Below are positions 1-12,507 of a stretch of 64,000 bases of DNA, in pieces. Numbering within the stretch: position 1 is the first letter of the stretch; every line of letters starts with the position of its first letter. The position numbers and the translations under genes are program-made. The notes under the pieces are model-generated. The model saw only the letters and a list, made by a program, of their open reading frames with translations, ran no database searches and had not been told where the DNA came from. This DNA is from Octopus sinensis (taxonomy: Eukaryota): the NCBI RefSeq assembly GCF_006345805.1, contig NW_021832374.1:62001-126000 (forward strand), written 5' to 3'.

Positions 1-98
1 ATTAAAATTATGTTTGAATATAAAAAAACTTATATATTTATGTTTTTTATTATACAAATATATTAAATATAAAATCCTGATTAAAAATGTGTTTTGCA
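1..98. repeat. ~95-bp AT-rich dispersed repeat, copy 1 (may extend beyond the window start)
   Basis: attaaaattatgtttgaatataaaaaaa...gtgttttgc aligns at about 90% identity by eye with 10437-10532. Confidence 0.8.
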
Positions 99-913
99 AG
101 CCAAAAAGAACTTTTACATTCACGTAGCGCTGAGCTAGAGTGAAGTCTTCTCTTCTACAAACATGGAAACCCTTGTGCTCTAATATGGACAAACATATAA
201 TGCAATTGCGGAGACTACGGCCAAACAAATCTGCGCGGACTCACGTGAAGAAAACGGGGGTACTTATTTGTTCCATTTTTCTTGTTCTGTTTAAGGAATA
301 AAAAAGACATTAAAATGAATCTACTGGAAAGTTTATGATTTAACTTTCGTCAAGTTTTTTGAGGTTTCACACCAATCAGCGTAGAAGGTAAACTTCCTTA
401 AGAGAAAAATCTTTTTACCCTGTCAAATCAAAAATTTCTTATTTGATCGACATTCACATAAACACTTTTTTGCTACAAGCATACCTTACCGATTTATTTC
501 TCAGTTTCGTTGCTTTAAAACCCAAAAAATTGAAGGAGGGGATTATTTATATTATAAATTTGTTTTAGGGAAAACTTTAGTATGATGTAGCTTAGAAACT
601 CCAAAAAAACTGGTTGATAAAAAAAGATGAGAACAAGTCTCGGAAAGCCATGTGGCTTTAACGGATTTCTCGGAGGATTCTCGAATTTAATTCTCAAAAC
701 GTCTCCCTCAAAAGTTTTAAATACTAAATTAAATGTGATCGTATATATTGTATTAAAATAATTCGGTAAGTATATCACCAAATATAGCGATCTTGAGGTT
801 TTTAGTGAAAAATTATGACAATTTTTCACTTGAAAAGATAATTGAGTGTTTCTTCCAATTAATTATCAATTCGTAATAATTTTTCTTAAATAGTCGTAAA
901 TTATTATCAAAAA

Positions 914-1683
914 ATGGTGCTGGCATGCATTAAAACTTTCTATATGATTATTTGTTTGATTTTTTGGGGGTAATTGAGTTTAAACTAAATATAGATCATC
1001 TCTATTATAAGTTGCTTTGTTGGAACTGATATATTAATAAATTACAAATTACAAAAATTATTTGAAAATTACTATTTGAAATATGTGGGAGTTATTTCAT
1101 TAACCATTGGTCTTATAGCATTTCTTGGAACGGTTTCTGGAAGTTTATATGCATATAAGAAAAAAGGATTTTATGCAAAATTTTTCGTAAGAAATTTTTA
1201 AAAACAAATTAGTTTGCTTTTTCCCTTTTTACTATTCCTATTTTGTTATTTGGAGAAACAGTTATATATTGCAACAAAAAACAAACAGTTATCATTTTTA
1301 ACCACAATTATTAGGTTCTAAACGAAATGCGCAATAATTTCATCAATGCAGTAAAAAATTATCCAATAAATAAACATGCTCTGGATAAATACCAAAATTA
1401 TCATAAATGTTGTGGTTACTCATCTCCATTAAATTGGAATGGGAATTTTCCAAAAAGTTGTTGTTCAATTAGTCCTTGCAATATTTACAATGCAAATCAA
1501 GTTAATTTATTTTTCAGTCATAATGTTTAGGGATGCATTAGAAAACTTGAAAACGACGCAGAAAATTATAAATTATATTTGATTTTTGGGACTGTGATGG
1601 TTTCTCTAATAGCGGTTATATGCGCTAATTTAATTTAGTTATTCGGAATCTATTCCGCCTACGCAGAAATTACTGAAAATTAG
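914..1683 (+). CDS. Tetraspanin, 6 exons; apparent 1-nt frameshift in the G-run at 966-970
   Basis: Spliced product MVLACIKTFYMIICLIFW..four hydrophobic segments..HKCCGYSSPLNW..CC..C..GC carries the CCG motif of the large extracellular loop. GT-AG introns at 970-994, 1187-1212, 1288-1314, 1501-1530 and 1615-1638. Confidence 0.9.
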
Positions 1684-2189
1684 GAATGTCGAAATTGATT
1701 ACTAACTTATATTAACTATAGTATTTGTAAAAAGTTTTTAAACATTAATATCTAGTAAAAAGATAAAAAAAATATCTAGAAAATTTATGAATTTTATATT
1801 CAATTTTAGATAGATTAGTCCGCGTGTATTTTTTCATGAATAAAATCTAATTTTTTAACAAAACAAAGTAATCACAAAAAGCTATCATTAAAACGACAAT
1901 CATCAAATAGCAGACCGCCCGTCGTTAATCATAATCATATAGCATTCAAAAACCAAATCACACAAAAATTAAAAGTTAGTTAAGTTAAAAAAAATTCCAC
2001 AGTAACAACAACTAAAAAAGCTTAAACTAACGTGTAAAAAATCTTTTTAACAATTTCTGATCATTTAAAATTAACAAATAAATAACTATAATTTAATTAA
2101 TTACTATTATTTTTCAAGTCCAAATCACTCTTAATCCTTTATTCGTTGAAAGACTGGTAATAAACCTAGACAAAACGGAAAAAACTACC

Positions 2190-2760
2190 ATATCCCATCT
2201 ATGGACGAAAAACAAGAAAAAGTAGAAAACATGCAAGAAAGTTGAATCTCTCTTTGAGGACTCGTTATTCGAAGGAAAGTGCTGGCTCTTGCCTCTTTCA
2301 AAATTGGACAATCTGGATGAGACATAGAAACCCGCTTTCGAATTCGACTGTAAAACTTCAATGTAGAATTAATCCTGCTCTACAACTCGGGGACCAGAGT
2401 CTAACCGTCAAATAACTAAAAAAGTTTAACTCTTCTCACAAAAAAAATTAAGACTACTCTTAGGAATTCGCTGGCCAAAAAAGATGAGCAATAAATAACT
2501 CTACATAACTACTTATACATTCGAAATCGCAGAAAAAAGTTATGTCCAATGAGTGATTGCTCTTTGGAGATGTTATGGAATCTTAATTCTGCTTACCAAA
2601 CAAAACAACATATCGAGGTCATAAAGAATAACATCACCGACCACGCTTGACCATGAACTCAAATTGATTGGAAGAAAACTGAAATCGATAGGTGATCTGG
2701 ACGATCTAAGAAATCTTACACGAAACAGGAAGGATGGAATTGACTAACAGGAAATATACC
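2190..2760 (+). mobile_element. Decayed 3' part of an RTE-like LINE
   Basis: Interrupted translation IRL*NFNVELILLYNSGT...KKLRLLLGIRWPKKMSN..LY...LDDLRNL parallels the RT C-terminal ORFs at 18332 and 31869. Confidence 0.7.
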
Positions 2761-3158
2761 GAATCGCATAGAAATAGTGGAATCGTACTTAACTTCATGA
2801 TTTTCCAAAAATTGCATTAATAAAAAATAATTAATCACTCTTTGCTAGTTATTTAATGCCAAAGAGTGTTCAATCCGCCAACAAATTAAATCGAATTCGA
2901 ATATAAATAATCTCATACACTTAAATAATTAATCAACTTAGCTTTCAGATACAAGTAAAGATAATCAATAAACTAATTAAACATCGGAAACAGGCTTTAA
3001 ATTGTCTCAAGTGCAGACGACTTAAAAAATTGAGTTTTTTCATCAAAATTTTTCAACCATAAATTCACTTTAAATCTCAGTTGTTAAATTTAAGTAAAAA
3101 ATAAGCATAAAACAGAAACCCAATTAAAATAAGAATATCACGATATTATAAAAATAAA

Positions 3159-3598
3159 TTAAGATAAACGAGGAAACTCTTCCAGACTCGATAAGTTGAT
3201 ACTTCCTGTATTTTTCTGAACTCTATTATTGATAAGTTTTCCATCGGGTCCATATTGAATAAAAGGAACAAATTTCTTTTCTTTTTCTTCCTGTTTTGGA
3301 GCAAATTTGATAGGAGCTTTATTCCAAACATTTCCAGAAGGAACAGGAATTTCCACAGGCTGGGGAACTGGCTTTTCACATTCCAAAATCTCGTCAGTGC
3401 TTAAATATTGTTAATTAAATTATACTCTTTTGCTACTGGAATTGGCGTTTCTTCCTCAAAATCATCTTCTTCCACCTGTAAATACAAATTAGAGGGGGAG
3501 ATGTGATTTACCTTGTTTTGCTTCTCAGAATTCGCCATTTTTAAAGCATATTTCTGCTTTTCTTCATCAATTTTTTTGAATAACCGCTGCAAACTCAT
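3159..3598 (-). CDS. CDV3: CDV3-like small protein, 3 exons
   Basis: Introns 3476-3511 (36 nt) and 3400-3425 (26 nt) join the two track ORFs. The product has three motifs in CDV3 order: MSLQRLFKKIDEEKQK (cf. SLDNFFAKRDKKKK), SGNVWNK (cf. SGPWNK) and INLSSLEEFPRL (cf. EIYSDTQFPSL). Confidence 0.6.
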
Positions 3599-3734
3599 CG
3601 TCGTTGATTAACAAATAGAGCACAAGAAATATCAACAAATCGATAATGATATATATTTTATTTATTAATCCAATTATACATAAAAATAAAAATATAAAAT
3701 AAATAAAATAATAATCTCAAATATAAACTTGATC

Positions 3735-4450
3735 AACACCGCCTGGCCTGTCTGCTTTCGGGGTCCCAAAAGTATTCAGGAGCCTGACTGACAGCTATCC
3801 CAATGGCGTCAGTCGAGACATTACTGGATAACGAATGCCTTTACATAGCAGTTTCTCTGGACTTGGGATTAAAAATCTGCTGTGAGAATGAATTCCGATC
3901 GACATTCTAGGATTACACTTGCTGTCGTAGTGCTGGCCGATTTTGTGGGCTTAATTATGTGGCAAGCTGCGTCATTACATCTGCTGGATTCCCTAATGTG
4001 CTAGAACTAGTCGTGTTGGATCGCAAAGATGGAAAGCGCCCAAATTGCCTGAAAATATTACCCATTGATCACGGGAAATGCCTCATCTGAGACGCGACAT
4101 GCTCGGACATATTTTTAGCACATAAACTAATCTCGACAGTTGCTGAGTCCGATTCGGCGGCAAAAAACGCGGAACTCGTCAAAAAATACGCGTCCTTGGC
4201 TAGAAACCACACATTTGCACCAATAGCCGTTGGGACATTCTGACTCATCGGCCCAAATCGCTTTCTTTTCTACGTCGACGTGGAACAAAGATTGTAAAAA
4301 ATAAGGAACCCAACGAGACTCGTCATCTTTCCTTGTTAAAAAAAAATCAAAATCAAAATTTATTCCAAAGACCACCGTTAACCAAAAGAAAAAACTAACT
4401 AGGTGATCCCGACGAATTTGATCATTGCTCTCAGCTTCGCTCTGTGCTGC
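3735..4450 (+). mobile_element. Decayed CRE-clade non-LTR retrotransposon 3' part (restriction-like endonuclease)
   Basis: Interrupted translation WLTAIPM..LGLKIC..CRSAGR..LDRKDGKRP..DATCSD..FAPIAVGT aligns with the better-preserved copy at 59615-60230. Confidence 0.8.
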
Positions 4451-4459
4451 TCTCTTGAG

Positions 4460-5040
4460 CCCACACAAGATCGTTGAGGGCGGATCGTTTCTTTATACCA
4501 TTGATGCCCTTTTGTATTCTTCTCAATGAGAGTTTCGAAAGAGATTGGTGGTTTGATAGCTTCACCTGTATACCACCTTTCGGTAAGTGTGAAAGCTCTT
4601 TTCTGGGTTGCGGAGATTTTACGGATGTTTGTATTTGAAATCAGTGGCCCCCATGAGGCACAAACATATGAGATACATGGTTCCATATACTGTGAGTAGT
4701 GTTTTAACTATAGAGTGATTTCCCATTTTCCATAAACCAGTTAGGCATTTCAGGAGGTTGATTTTCTTTTCACACTTGTTCAGCACATTTGTGACATGTT
4801 TAGAGAAGTTCATGTGCGTGTCATAAGTTAATCCCAATATCTTTTGCCATTTGCTGAAAGGTAATACTCTTCCCTCCACAACAACTTCGATTGAAATTTT
4901 CGATAGTCTTTTGACTGAGGAGTAGAGAGTTGTGACAGATTTTTCTGTGTTGATCGACATCCGGTTTACGTTAAACCACTCAACTAGGTGATCCAGGTTT
5001 TGTTGTAATCTTCCTTTTGCTGTTGGAACTGGATTTTATG
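4460..5040 (-). mobile_element. Jockey/I-like LINE RT C-terminal fragment
   Basis: ORFs 4619-4960 and 4399-4686 (KILGLTYDTHMNFSKHV..KKINLLKCL; PCISYVCASW) resemble 56142-56675. Confidence 0.8.
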
Positions 5041-5245
5041 CGCCGGCAATTTAAAATAATCTTTTTCTGTGTTTTCTTTTTTTTGAAAAAATCTATACTC
5101 ATTATTTAAATATTTACCTTGAATTAAAAAAATTCTTACTAATCGCCAAAAAATTCATAATGGATCTCAGTCCCTTCTACAACTAAAGTTTAGATTATTT
5201 AAGTGAAATTTAAAGGTTAATCAAAAATCAAATTTAAGGTTTAAA

Positions 5246-6421
5246 TTAAAGAACTTCAAAGTTGGCAGAATAATCATAATTTTCAATTAAAGAACCCTTG
5301 GAACTGCATTTTGCTGCATATAAAGCAGCTCCGATAGCTGCAGTCTTTTTTAGATAAAGTAATCTATAGTCGACAGTTGGTTCCATTCCAGATTTGAATC
5401 CAGATTTCAACAAATCCCAACTTTTCCACATGGATCCTGTACAGACAATATCTACTGATGATTCGATCCCTGCCTTTCTTATCACTGCCATTATATGAAG
5501 AGCTAGATCTCTTCCAGCTTTATAAAAAATCGACTGTACTAATTCATCTCCATCTCTACCCAAATCTATCCAAAATAATAACAATACAAAATCAACCGCA
5601 AAGTGGTTTAGCGAGGGAAGCAATATTTGCAACCTTGAAATTCGAATAAAACAATTCCAAAAGATTGGTTATATTCTCCAACTATTTTAAATTTAAACTT
5701 CAATCAACTTAAAATGACTCATTATCATTTTTTCGGCACGTTCTATACTGAATGTTGACTTTTTTAAACCTTCAATGTCGTTTAATACGGTTTTAATAGT
5801 TTTTAATGATACAAAATATCCTAGAAAATATAAATTCATTCTACCCGATCCCTGATCTCCAAGAATGTAGCCCCAACCTCCACAAGTAATTTGGTGTCCA
5901 GTTTCAGTTAATAATGTGCAGTTTGATCCAGTCCCTGAAATAAGAGATATTCCACCTTTATTTTTAGAATAAAAAATATTAAACCACTAGGAGTAGCCGT
6001 ATATATTGATCCCACCGTATCATTAACAACTGTAAAGCTTTTAGCGACATTTGAATAATTCTGATAACAAATTTTTAAAATTTTTTCTTGACATGCTGAA
6101 GTATTCACACCAGCTAAAGCAAGTCCCTGATATAATGATAAATATATTATTAAATAAACCACAACAAGCACGTTTACTTCATTCTTAATACGCTTGAGTG
6201 CTTCATCAATTAGAGACATGATTCTTCTAACACATTCCTCAAATCCAATATGCTAGAATAAAACTAAATAATATTAAAACCCAGTGATTAGAAGATTCTC
6301 CGACAGATTCTGATAAAATGTTGCCCTTTAAATCAGAAATAATTGCAGTCGTGCCTGTTGCTCCACTAATAGAACAATAATTATATTACAGTAACCCTTC
6401 TACGCCTGCCAAAACATCCAT
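5246..6421 (-). CDS. NAGK: N-acetyl-D-glucosamine kinase, multi-exon
   Basis: Spliced MDVLAGVEGGATGT..SNHW..GLALAG..VVNDTVGSIYTATPSGGISLISGTGSNC..CGGWGYILGDQGSG..VCTGSMWKSW..AAIGAA are BadF/NAGK motifs; introns are about 24-33 nt. Confidence 0.93.
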
Positions 6422-6813
6422 TATTTGTTAAACAACGACGGTCAGCTTAAAATATCAATTCTGCCACACCTTAATACTTTTGAGGTTTCTTTTGATCAAA
6501 ATAACTTGTTATTTCAATATTATCATAATTGATTAAAAGTAATTATTCCTCATTATTACTATTGATTATGGAATAATCCTTAATTCTGTATATTTAAATA
6601 TTTAGTTATGGAATATTTGGTTATGATTTTTTGACATAATTAATAAAATGCCTGAAAAATTCAAATATTGATATCTTTTTTTCATTTATATAACAAATAT
6701 AAAAACTAATTTTATTCTTTATCTTTTGTTAAATTTTTTTTAAATGATTTCAAATATATTCTTTTAATAAAAGTTAATTTAGTTTATTTTATTTTGCTTC
6801 ATTACAGGATTTA
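6422..6813. promoter_or_regulatory. Short divergent (probably bidirectional) promoter region between NAGK and PGAM5
   Basis: Head-to-head start codons 392 nt apart with a very AT-rich spacer and no transposon. Confidence 0.5.
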
Positions 6814-7764
6814 ATGTGGAAAAAATGTTTGACTTTCTTTGCTGGTATTCTCGTCTCGTATTATATTTTGCGAAAACGAATTCCCAGATTTATTCTTAGC
6901 ATTTTTTATCATCAAGCGACAGTTTCCACAAGTTCTCAGGTTAATATTACCCACCAAACTTGTACAAAATGGGACTACGATTGGGATAAGTTGTATTTAA
7001 TAATATCCATCTACTAGTCCAAGTCCACTTAACGGAACTCAAATTGTTAATTCAAGCGCAAAGAGGAAAATTTATTTAATCAGACATGGACATTTCGATG
7101 TTGAAGATAAATCAAATATAGATAATTCTTTGACTAAATTGGGTTTTTATATCGTTTAAAAAATGTTAAAGGTCGTGAACAGGCACATTTTACTGCCATA
7201 CGGTTACTATCGATGAATATCCCTATACAATTAATTACAACATCGACTATGGAACGATCTGTTGAAACGGCCAATATTTTTTATAAGTTGCTTAAAAAGC
7301 GATTAAAATCTAAAAATTCGTCAAAATTCATTTTGCCGAATTTTGAATCGTCGGATATGCTCAGAGAAGGGGCTCCATTTCCCCCAGAACCTCCATTAGA
7401 GTCATTTCATTCGTTTATCCAACATGTTGGTGTTTTGAGATACAAGTTTATAGTTTTTTAGTATTTTGAAGATGGTCCTCGTATTGAAGCTGCTTTTCAT
7501 AAATATTTCTACAGGCCACCTTCGACACAAAAAAATGGCTCAGTAGACCTCCTTTTTTGTCATGCCAATGTTATTCGATACTTTGTTTTCAGGTATAAAT
7601 CAGATTTATATTTTAGGGCTTTACAATTGCCACCTTGTGGATGGTTAAGAATGACTTTATCTCATGCTTCTATCACTGAGCTGACAATAAATTCTTCGGG
7701 AATTGTTTCGATGCATCTTCTAGGTGATTGTGGACATATTCCAGCTGAGAAAATCACATCTTAG
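6814..7764 (+). CDS. PGAM5: Mitochondrial Ser/Thr phosphatase PGAM5
   Basis: N-terminal hydrophobic anchor, WDYDWD (WDxNWD motif), LIRHG, LTKLGREQA, LREGAPFPPEP, FEDGPRIEAAF, CHANVIRYFVFRALQLP, LGDCGHIP; short GT-AG introns. Confidence 0.95.
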
Positions 7765-7911
7765 TTGTATTAATTTTGTAAATACTTATGACGAACTTGT
7801 TTAACGAAAATTCCTTTAAAAATCTATATTTATGCGTCATTAGTATTTCAAGTCACTTTGATTAAGGACGTCAATTTAATTTTTTGAAAAACTAAGTAAA
7901 AATTGGTTTTG

Positions 7912-7945
7912 TGTTGTTGTATAGCCCCGATCTCACATGATAGGC
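7912..7945 (-). repeat. Isolated copy of a LINE 3' terminus with (CAA)n tail
   Basis: tgttgttgtatagccccgatctcacat (27 nt) is identical to 8107-8133. Confidence 0.7.
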
Positions 7946-8106
7946 TGGTTTAAATTCATTAGCTATTTATTTTATCACCAAACATAACAAAATTGGCAGT
8001 GATTCAATAAATAACACTAAAATTAGTGTAATGGATACAAACACTAGTCATCACTAAATAAACAGCTCGGCACGCAACAATTGTTATGCAACTACAGGTA
8101 CACGCC

Positions 8107-9700
8107 TGTTGTTGTATAGCCCCGATCTCACATCATGGTATGAGACCAGCGGCTAGTAGAAACGACTGCGTTTTCAAAGGTTACTCCCAAAGGACCTCGG
8201 GGAGTGAACAGCAAGTTTGGGAAGTAGACTAGAGTAGCGAAAAAGATGATCAGTACTCGTCAACACAGAAAAAGTTACAGAAAGGAAAGCTCTAGAATTA
8301 AAGATATAGAGATAAAAGTGTGAATTTTTTTCATTAGCTGTAAAAATGGTTTAACCCAGGGGTCGGCAGGATTTTTGTCTTCGCGGGCCAAAATTTTATT
8401 TTTGTATGCGATCCGGGCCAAACGAGAAAAATCCTTATCGGTCACAAAAATAAGGCAACGCTTGCACATTGCGATCTTTCTTTATCAAGTTTTTTTTGCA
8501 ACTTTCTTACGAAATAAAAATTTATCAGTTAAAAATGATTATAAAGAAATAATATATCGTTAATCTGACTAGTTGCTAAACGTAATATATCGTTAAGATG
8601 TGAATCGGTAATCCTCGTTCTCAGACAATTTTTTACATTATTCATTTTAGAGAATAACTGTTCACATAAAAATGTGCTTCCAAATATACAAGCCATTTTC
8701 ATAGCATTGTCGGTTAATTGCGGATATTTTCTGACACATACAAAATTTTTGTAGAAGCTCAAAATATCCATTTCAGAAAAATATTTTGATTTAAGTGTAC
8801 TGTCGCATTGAATTTCAAGTAATTCCATTTGATAACACCCTGGTACTGTCTCAGTTTCAACATCAAATGGGATTGAAAAAATGTTGAAAAGATTTTTATG
8901 AGCCTTAAAAATTATATATGCGCATTTTACTCTTAAAAAAATGTTGTTTGCTTTTGGTAATTTTGTTCGAGTCTCTTAATTTCCTTTAAGCGAGATTCTC
9001 CTGTAAACTTGCTGAATTTTTCTTGCCGACCCCTGGTTTAACCCGTTGATTTTAGCACGGATCCGGGACTATTCTTTAGCGGGCGTGCTTTTCAGTCCAC
9101 AGCCATTGTTATTTAGCATGTTTAGACCAGTGTAAGGGTGATAGAATTTACACGAAACAAATAGGAATTATGGTCTTCTCATATTTACATGTTCTTTTAT
9201 CAGAGAAGATTGGTTTCGTAGTGCAGATGGTCGGTGGATGTTGATTTCAGACACTTGGATATAATGCGCTAGTTTTATTTTGAACTGATTGAAGTTGCTC
9301 GGTAGAGCTTGCAGATAAACAGGGAGCCCAGCTCGGACTTTCGTAGCTTAGAACAGGGAGGATTTATTGTTTCTAGACTTGTTTGAGAAATGATTTCTTG
9401 ATACCATTTATGCAACCACTTAATGCTTTTAGAATGTTTGTACGTCTGCTTGCTTTGTCCAAGATCTTCAAGACATGTTTGTTGAAGGACATGGCTGGGA
9501 AAAAAATAAGTCGGATAACATTTGGGTGCTTAGATAGCGAAAGGTCAGAAGCAAAGAGAGGTGGCTTGGGATGTGTGTTTAATTGTCTTAAAAAAGTGAA
9601 TACTTGGATGATGAAGACTCGAGTCTGTTTTCAATGTGCAAATTCTCAACGAAAAATAGTTGTTGCTGAATGTTGAAAAAAAAGCTTTCTAGTCTTCGTG
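8107..9700 (-). mobile_element. Jockey/I-like LINE 3' portion, interrupted by a hAT insertion at 8357-9035
   Basis: Minus-strand MSFNKHVLKILDKASRRTNILKAL..LPVLSY..SWAPCLS (9300-9500) continues after removing the hAT to LW..PLKTQSFLLAAGL* and ends in a caacaaca tail at 8107. Confidence 0.75.
8357..9035 (-). mobile_element. Internally deleted non-autonomous hAT (GTF2IRD2/SPIN-like), 679 bp
   Basis: TIR caggggtcggca (12 bp perfect) at both ends and an 8-bp TSD gtttaacc (8349-8356, 9036-9043). ORF 8529-8828 carries the hAT dimerisation motif IFGSTFLCEQLFSKM. Confidence 0.95.
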
Positions 9701-10436
9701 TTTTAAGGAAATAATAATGTCGTCTTTGTAAGATAGTGTCAAGTTGTTTAAGGTCGTTGACCGGAAAGTCGTAAAAATAACATGGTTGGAAACAACATAA
9801 AACCAAGCGGTACCCCGTTTGAAAGATAAAGTTGTTTGGAAAAATGGTCTAAAAAAATAAATTATTCCACGTTTTTCATCATCGGGAGCCACTATAAGGA
9901 GGAGTGCGCGCTACGGGTAGCAGATACTCGATCAAGTTGACTAAAAGTCGGGGAAGAACTGGATCGGCGAACATCAAACGAGATACTTTCAGGTACTCTT
10001 CAGGATCCTATTAAGAACAATTGACTGCATATAAGCATGTAGTAACTTATCCACAACCAACTGTTTTAAGTACCTCTTGTTGTACTTAGTTACATGCTAA
10101 AAGAGCACTTCATGTTTCATCTAGATTGACTTTACTAAAAATGATCCAATCCGAATAAATAAAGAACATAACAAAAATAAAAGATTTTGGAAGAGTTCAG
10201 AAGTATTTTAAATTGTGAAAAATAAATGGCTATCCTTCCATACAAGGGTAACAAGTCGCTTTTTGGGCAAAATATTCAAAAAACTTTTGCGCCTACTATC
10301 CCAAATTTTTTAGATATGACTGCAAAATATTTCTCTTAATTCAATTCCAAATAATCTCATTTCTAGTGGGTAAAAAGTATTGCAAATAAATCTGTTTGCT
10401 ATGTGTTCAAAAATTGAATTATTAACTAATTCTATT

Positions 10437-10532
10437 TTAAAATTATGTTTGAATGTAAAAAAATTATATATTTATGTTTTTTTATTATATCAAATATATT
10501 AAATATAAAATAATATTAAAAACGTGTTTTGC
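10437..10532. repeat. ~95-bp AT-rich dispersed repeat, copy 2, directly upstream of RPS12
   Basis: Near-identical to 1-98 and immediately followed by the pyrimidine run cttttctct. Confidence 0.8.
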
Positions 10533-10572
10533 TTTTCTCTGGTGGTGTTGTCAATTTTTTATTTTATTATAG

Positions 10573-11041
10573 ATGACATCTACTATTACTCCTGAAAATG
10601 AAGAATCTGTACAAAAATTGTTTCAGGCTGCCTCTCTTGAAAATAAATTAGTCTGTGGATTGAATCAGTGTGTAAAGGCTCTTCAAGACTTGTATTAATT
10701 CAATGATAAAACTTTATTTAAGTGAAGCTCCAGAATTATGCTTTCTTGCAGCAGATTGTGACAAACCAGAATATGTTAAACTGATCCAAGCATTTTGCAA
10801 AACAAAGAATGTCGATCTTCTAACAGTTTTCTAAATTTAAGAAATATTTTTAAATTAGTTTCCACAAAGAGCGAAGCTTGGTCAATTTTGTGGACTATTT
10901 AGAATGGATAGGGATGGGGAAATTATTCACTCTGTTGGTTGTAGTTGTGCTCTTATTAAGGTTTTATATTTAGTAATATATTAGTCCGGCTTTGCTGATT
11001 CTGGGGATTTCTTGAAGCTGAAATCACTTGTTAATAAATAA
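10573..11041 (+). CDS. RPS12: 40S ribosomal protein eS12 (divergent), 4 coding exons
   Basis: GLNQCVKAL..LCFLAADCDKPEYVKLIQAFC..KLGQFCGLFRMDRDGEIIHSVGCSCALIK matches the eS12 pattern ([44 protein letters not shown]). A TOP-like cttttctct at 10532 is followed by a probable 5'UTR intron. Confidence 0.85.
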
Positions 11042-11329
11042 TTTGTTCTGATTTTCTGATTTACCTTTTTTCTTTTGAAACTAATATCTTGTTCAAAAAT
11101 CATTTATATAGTCTTTATATTTAGAATGATAAATTTATTTTAATGCTGTTTTTTAGTATATTACATTTACTAATGCCTAGCCGTGATATTTCCTATTTAA
11201 TAAAAATGAAGTAGTATAAGTGTTTTATTTTTTTATTCAAAGTTATTTTCGACCAAGAATCTATTTTAATAGTTAGGACTGGATACTTGAGTTGCTATTG
11301 AATAAAAGCTAAAAATTGATTTAACGTCG

Positions 11330-12400
11330 TAGTTTCTCTAAGTTTGTTTAGGTCGAATTAAATCTGGGCTTAGGTCTCGATTCTTGGGCCGACTTTAGTT
11401 GCAGACAACCGCTAATAGGTCTCCATTCAAGATGGTTAAAGGTGTCGCGCTTGCTTTTCTACGGAATCCAGACACTGTTTGGGCGAAGAAATGATTCATT
11501 CCGAAATTTGAAAATACTAGGTCGATTGAACGTAGAACGTGGCCAAAAATGATCTATTTTTATTTGACAATATCTTTTGACAGGACACTAAATTTTCATT
11601 ATTTATTTTCATGGGCCATTTGATTTTATTCATTGATTTTAGCTAGGTTTTGTGAAAAGAATCAATAAAAAAACTTTATATATCATTTTTGAACCTATTT
11701 TTTCCTTGTGACTCCATTTAGTCGATATTTTTTCGATGCACTTATAGCAAGAGTCTTCCTGCGAGTAACATCTTCAAAGTCTTCTAGAAGCGGACCCGCT
11801 TTCTTTTGCCTTTTTCATAAATCTTCGAATTTTTGATTAGCATATATGATCATTGTAAGTCCCGTTTTGTCGGGATTTACGGATAAAAACCATTTCAAAA
11901 ATACTTCTGAATCCGTTTCCGAACTGGCAGAGGCCTCCTTGGCTTATCCTCTTGGACAGATGCACCTCAGCATGCCCTGTCTTCCAGAAACAAAAAACTC
12001 TAAAAGTTAAAAAAATCGCCTCAGTTGTCTTAACTCACAACATGTTTTCTTTTTGCTAAAGAACAGCCTGCATGTCCCTAAACTTTTATATACATTACGC
12101 TTTTTAGGGTTTTTATCTCCATACCGATTTCTTATTCAAACCTCGAAAGTCCCTAAAATCATCAACTAAGTCGATCCTCAGGTTTGATTTTGATGATATT
12201 GTATAAAGGCAAGAAAAACTTCTGGCGAGGTTTGAAAGGATTTACTGGATTCACCCAAAGATCTTGTTTCCCAGGTCCACTTCTTCTCGATTTCCAGCAG
12301 CCGTCGCCTTTTCCACAAGACTACGCTTTTCAAAGATCAAAAAGCTACACTTAGTTCAAAAATTGCAGCGGAGGCTTATAGCAGTTATACTTACACCTAT
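11330..12400 (-). mobile_element. Decayed RTE-like LINE
   Basis: Minus-strand FLKWFLSVNPDKT..GPLLEDFEDVTRRKTLA parallels GEWFLKMNPNKT..SLLDDREDIIRRKIL in ORF 31869-32543. Confidence 0.7.
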
Positions 12401-12507
12401 CAAATAAAGATTTCCTGACTATTATAGGTCAGAATATTATTCACAAAATAAAAAGAATACTGATTTAGTGAAAAATATCAATAATTAAATAACCACAAAA
12501 ATGTAGT

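Noticed and set aside
515-829. 104-aa ORF as a gene
   Set aside because: GTG start, AT-driven composition, no recognisable motif or consistent splice pattern; 100-830 stays unexplained.
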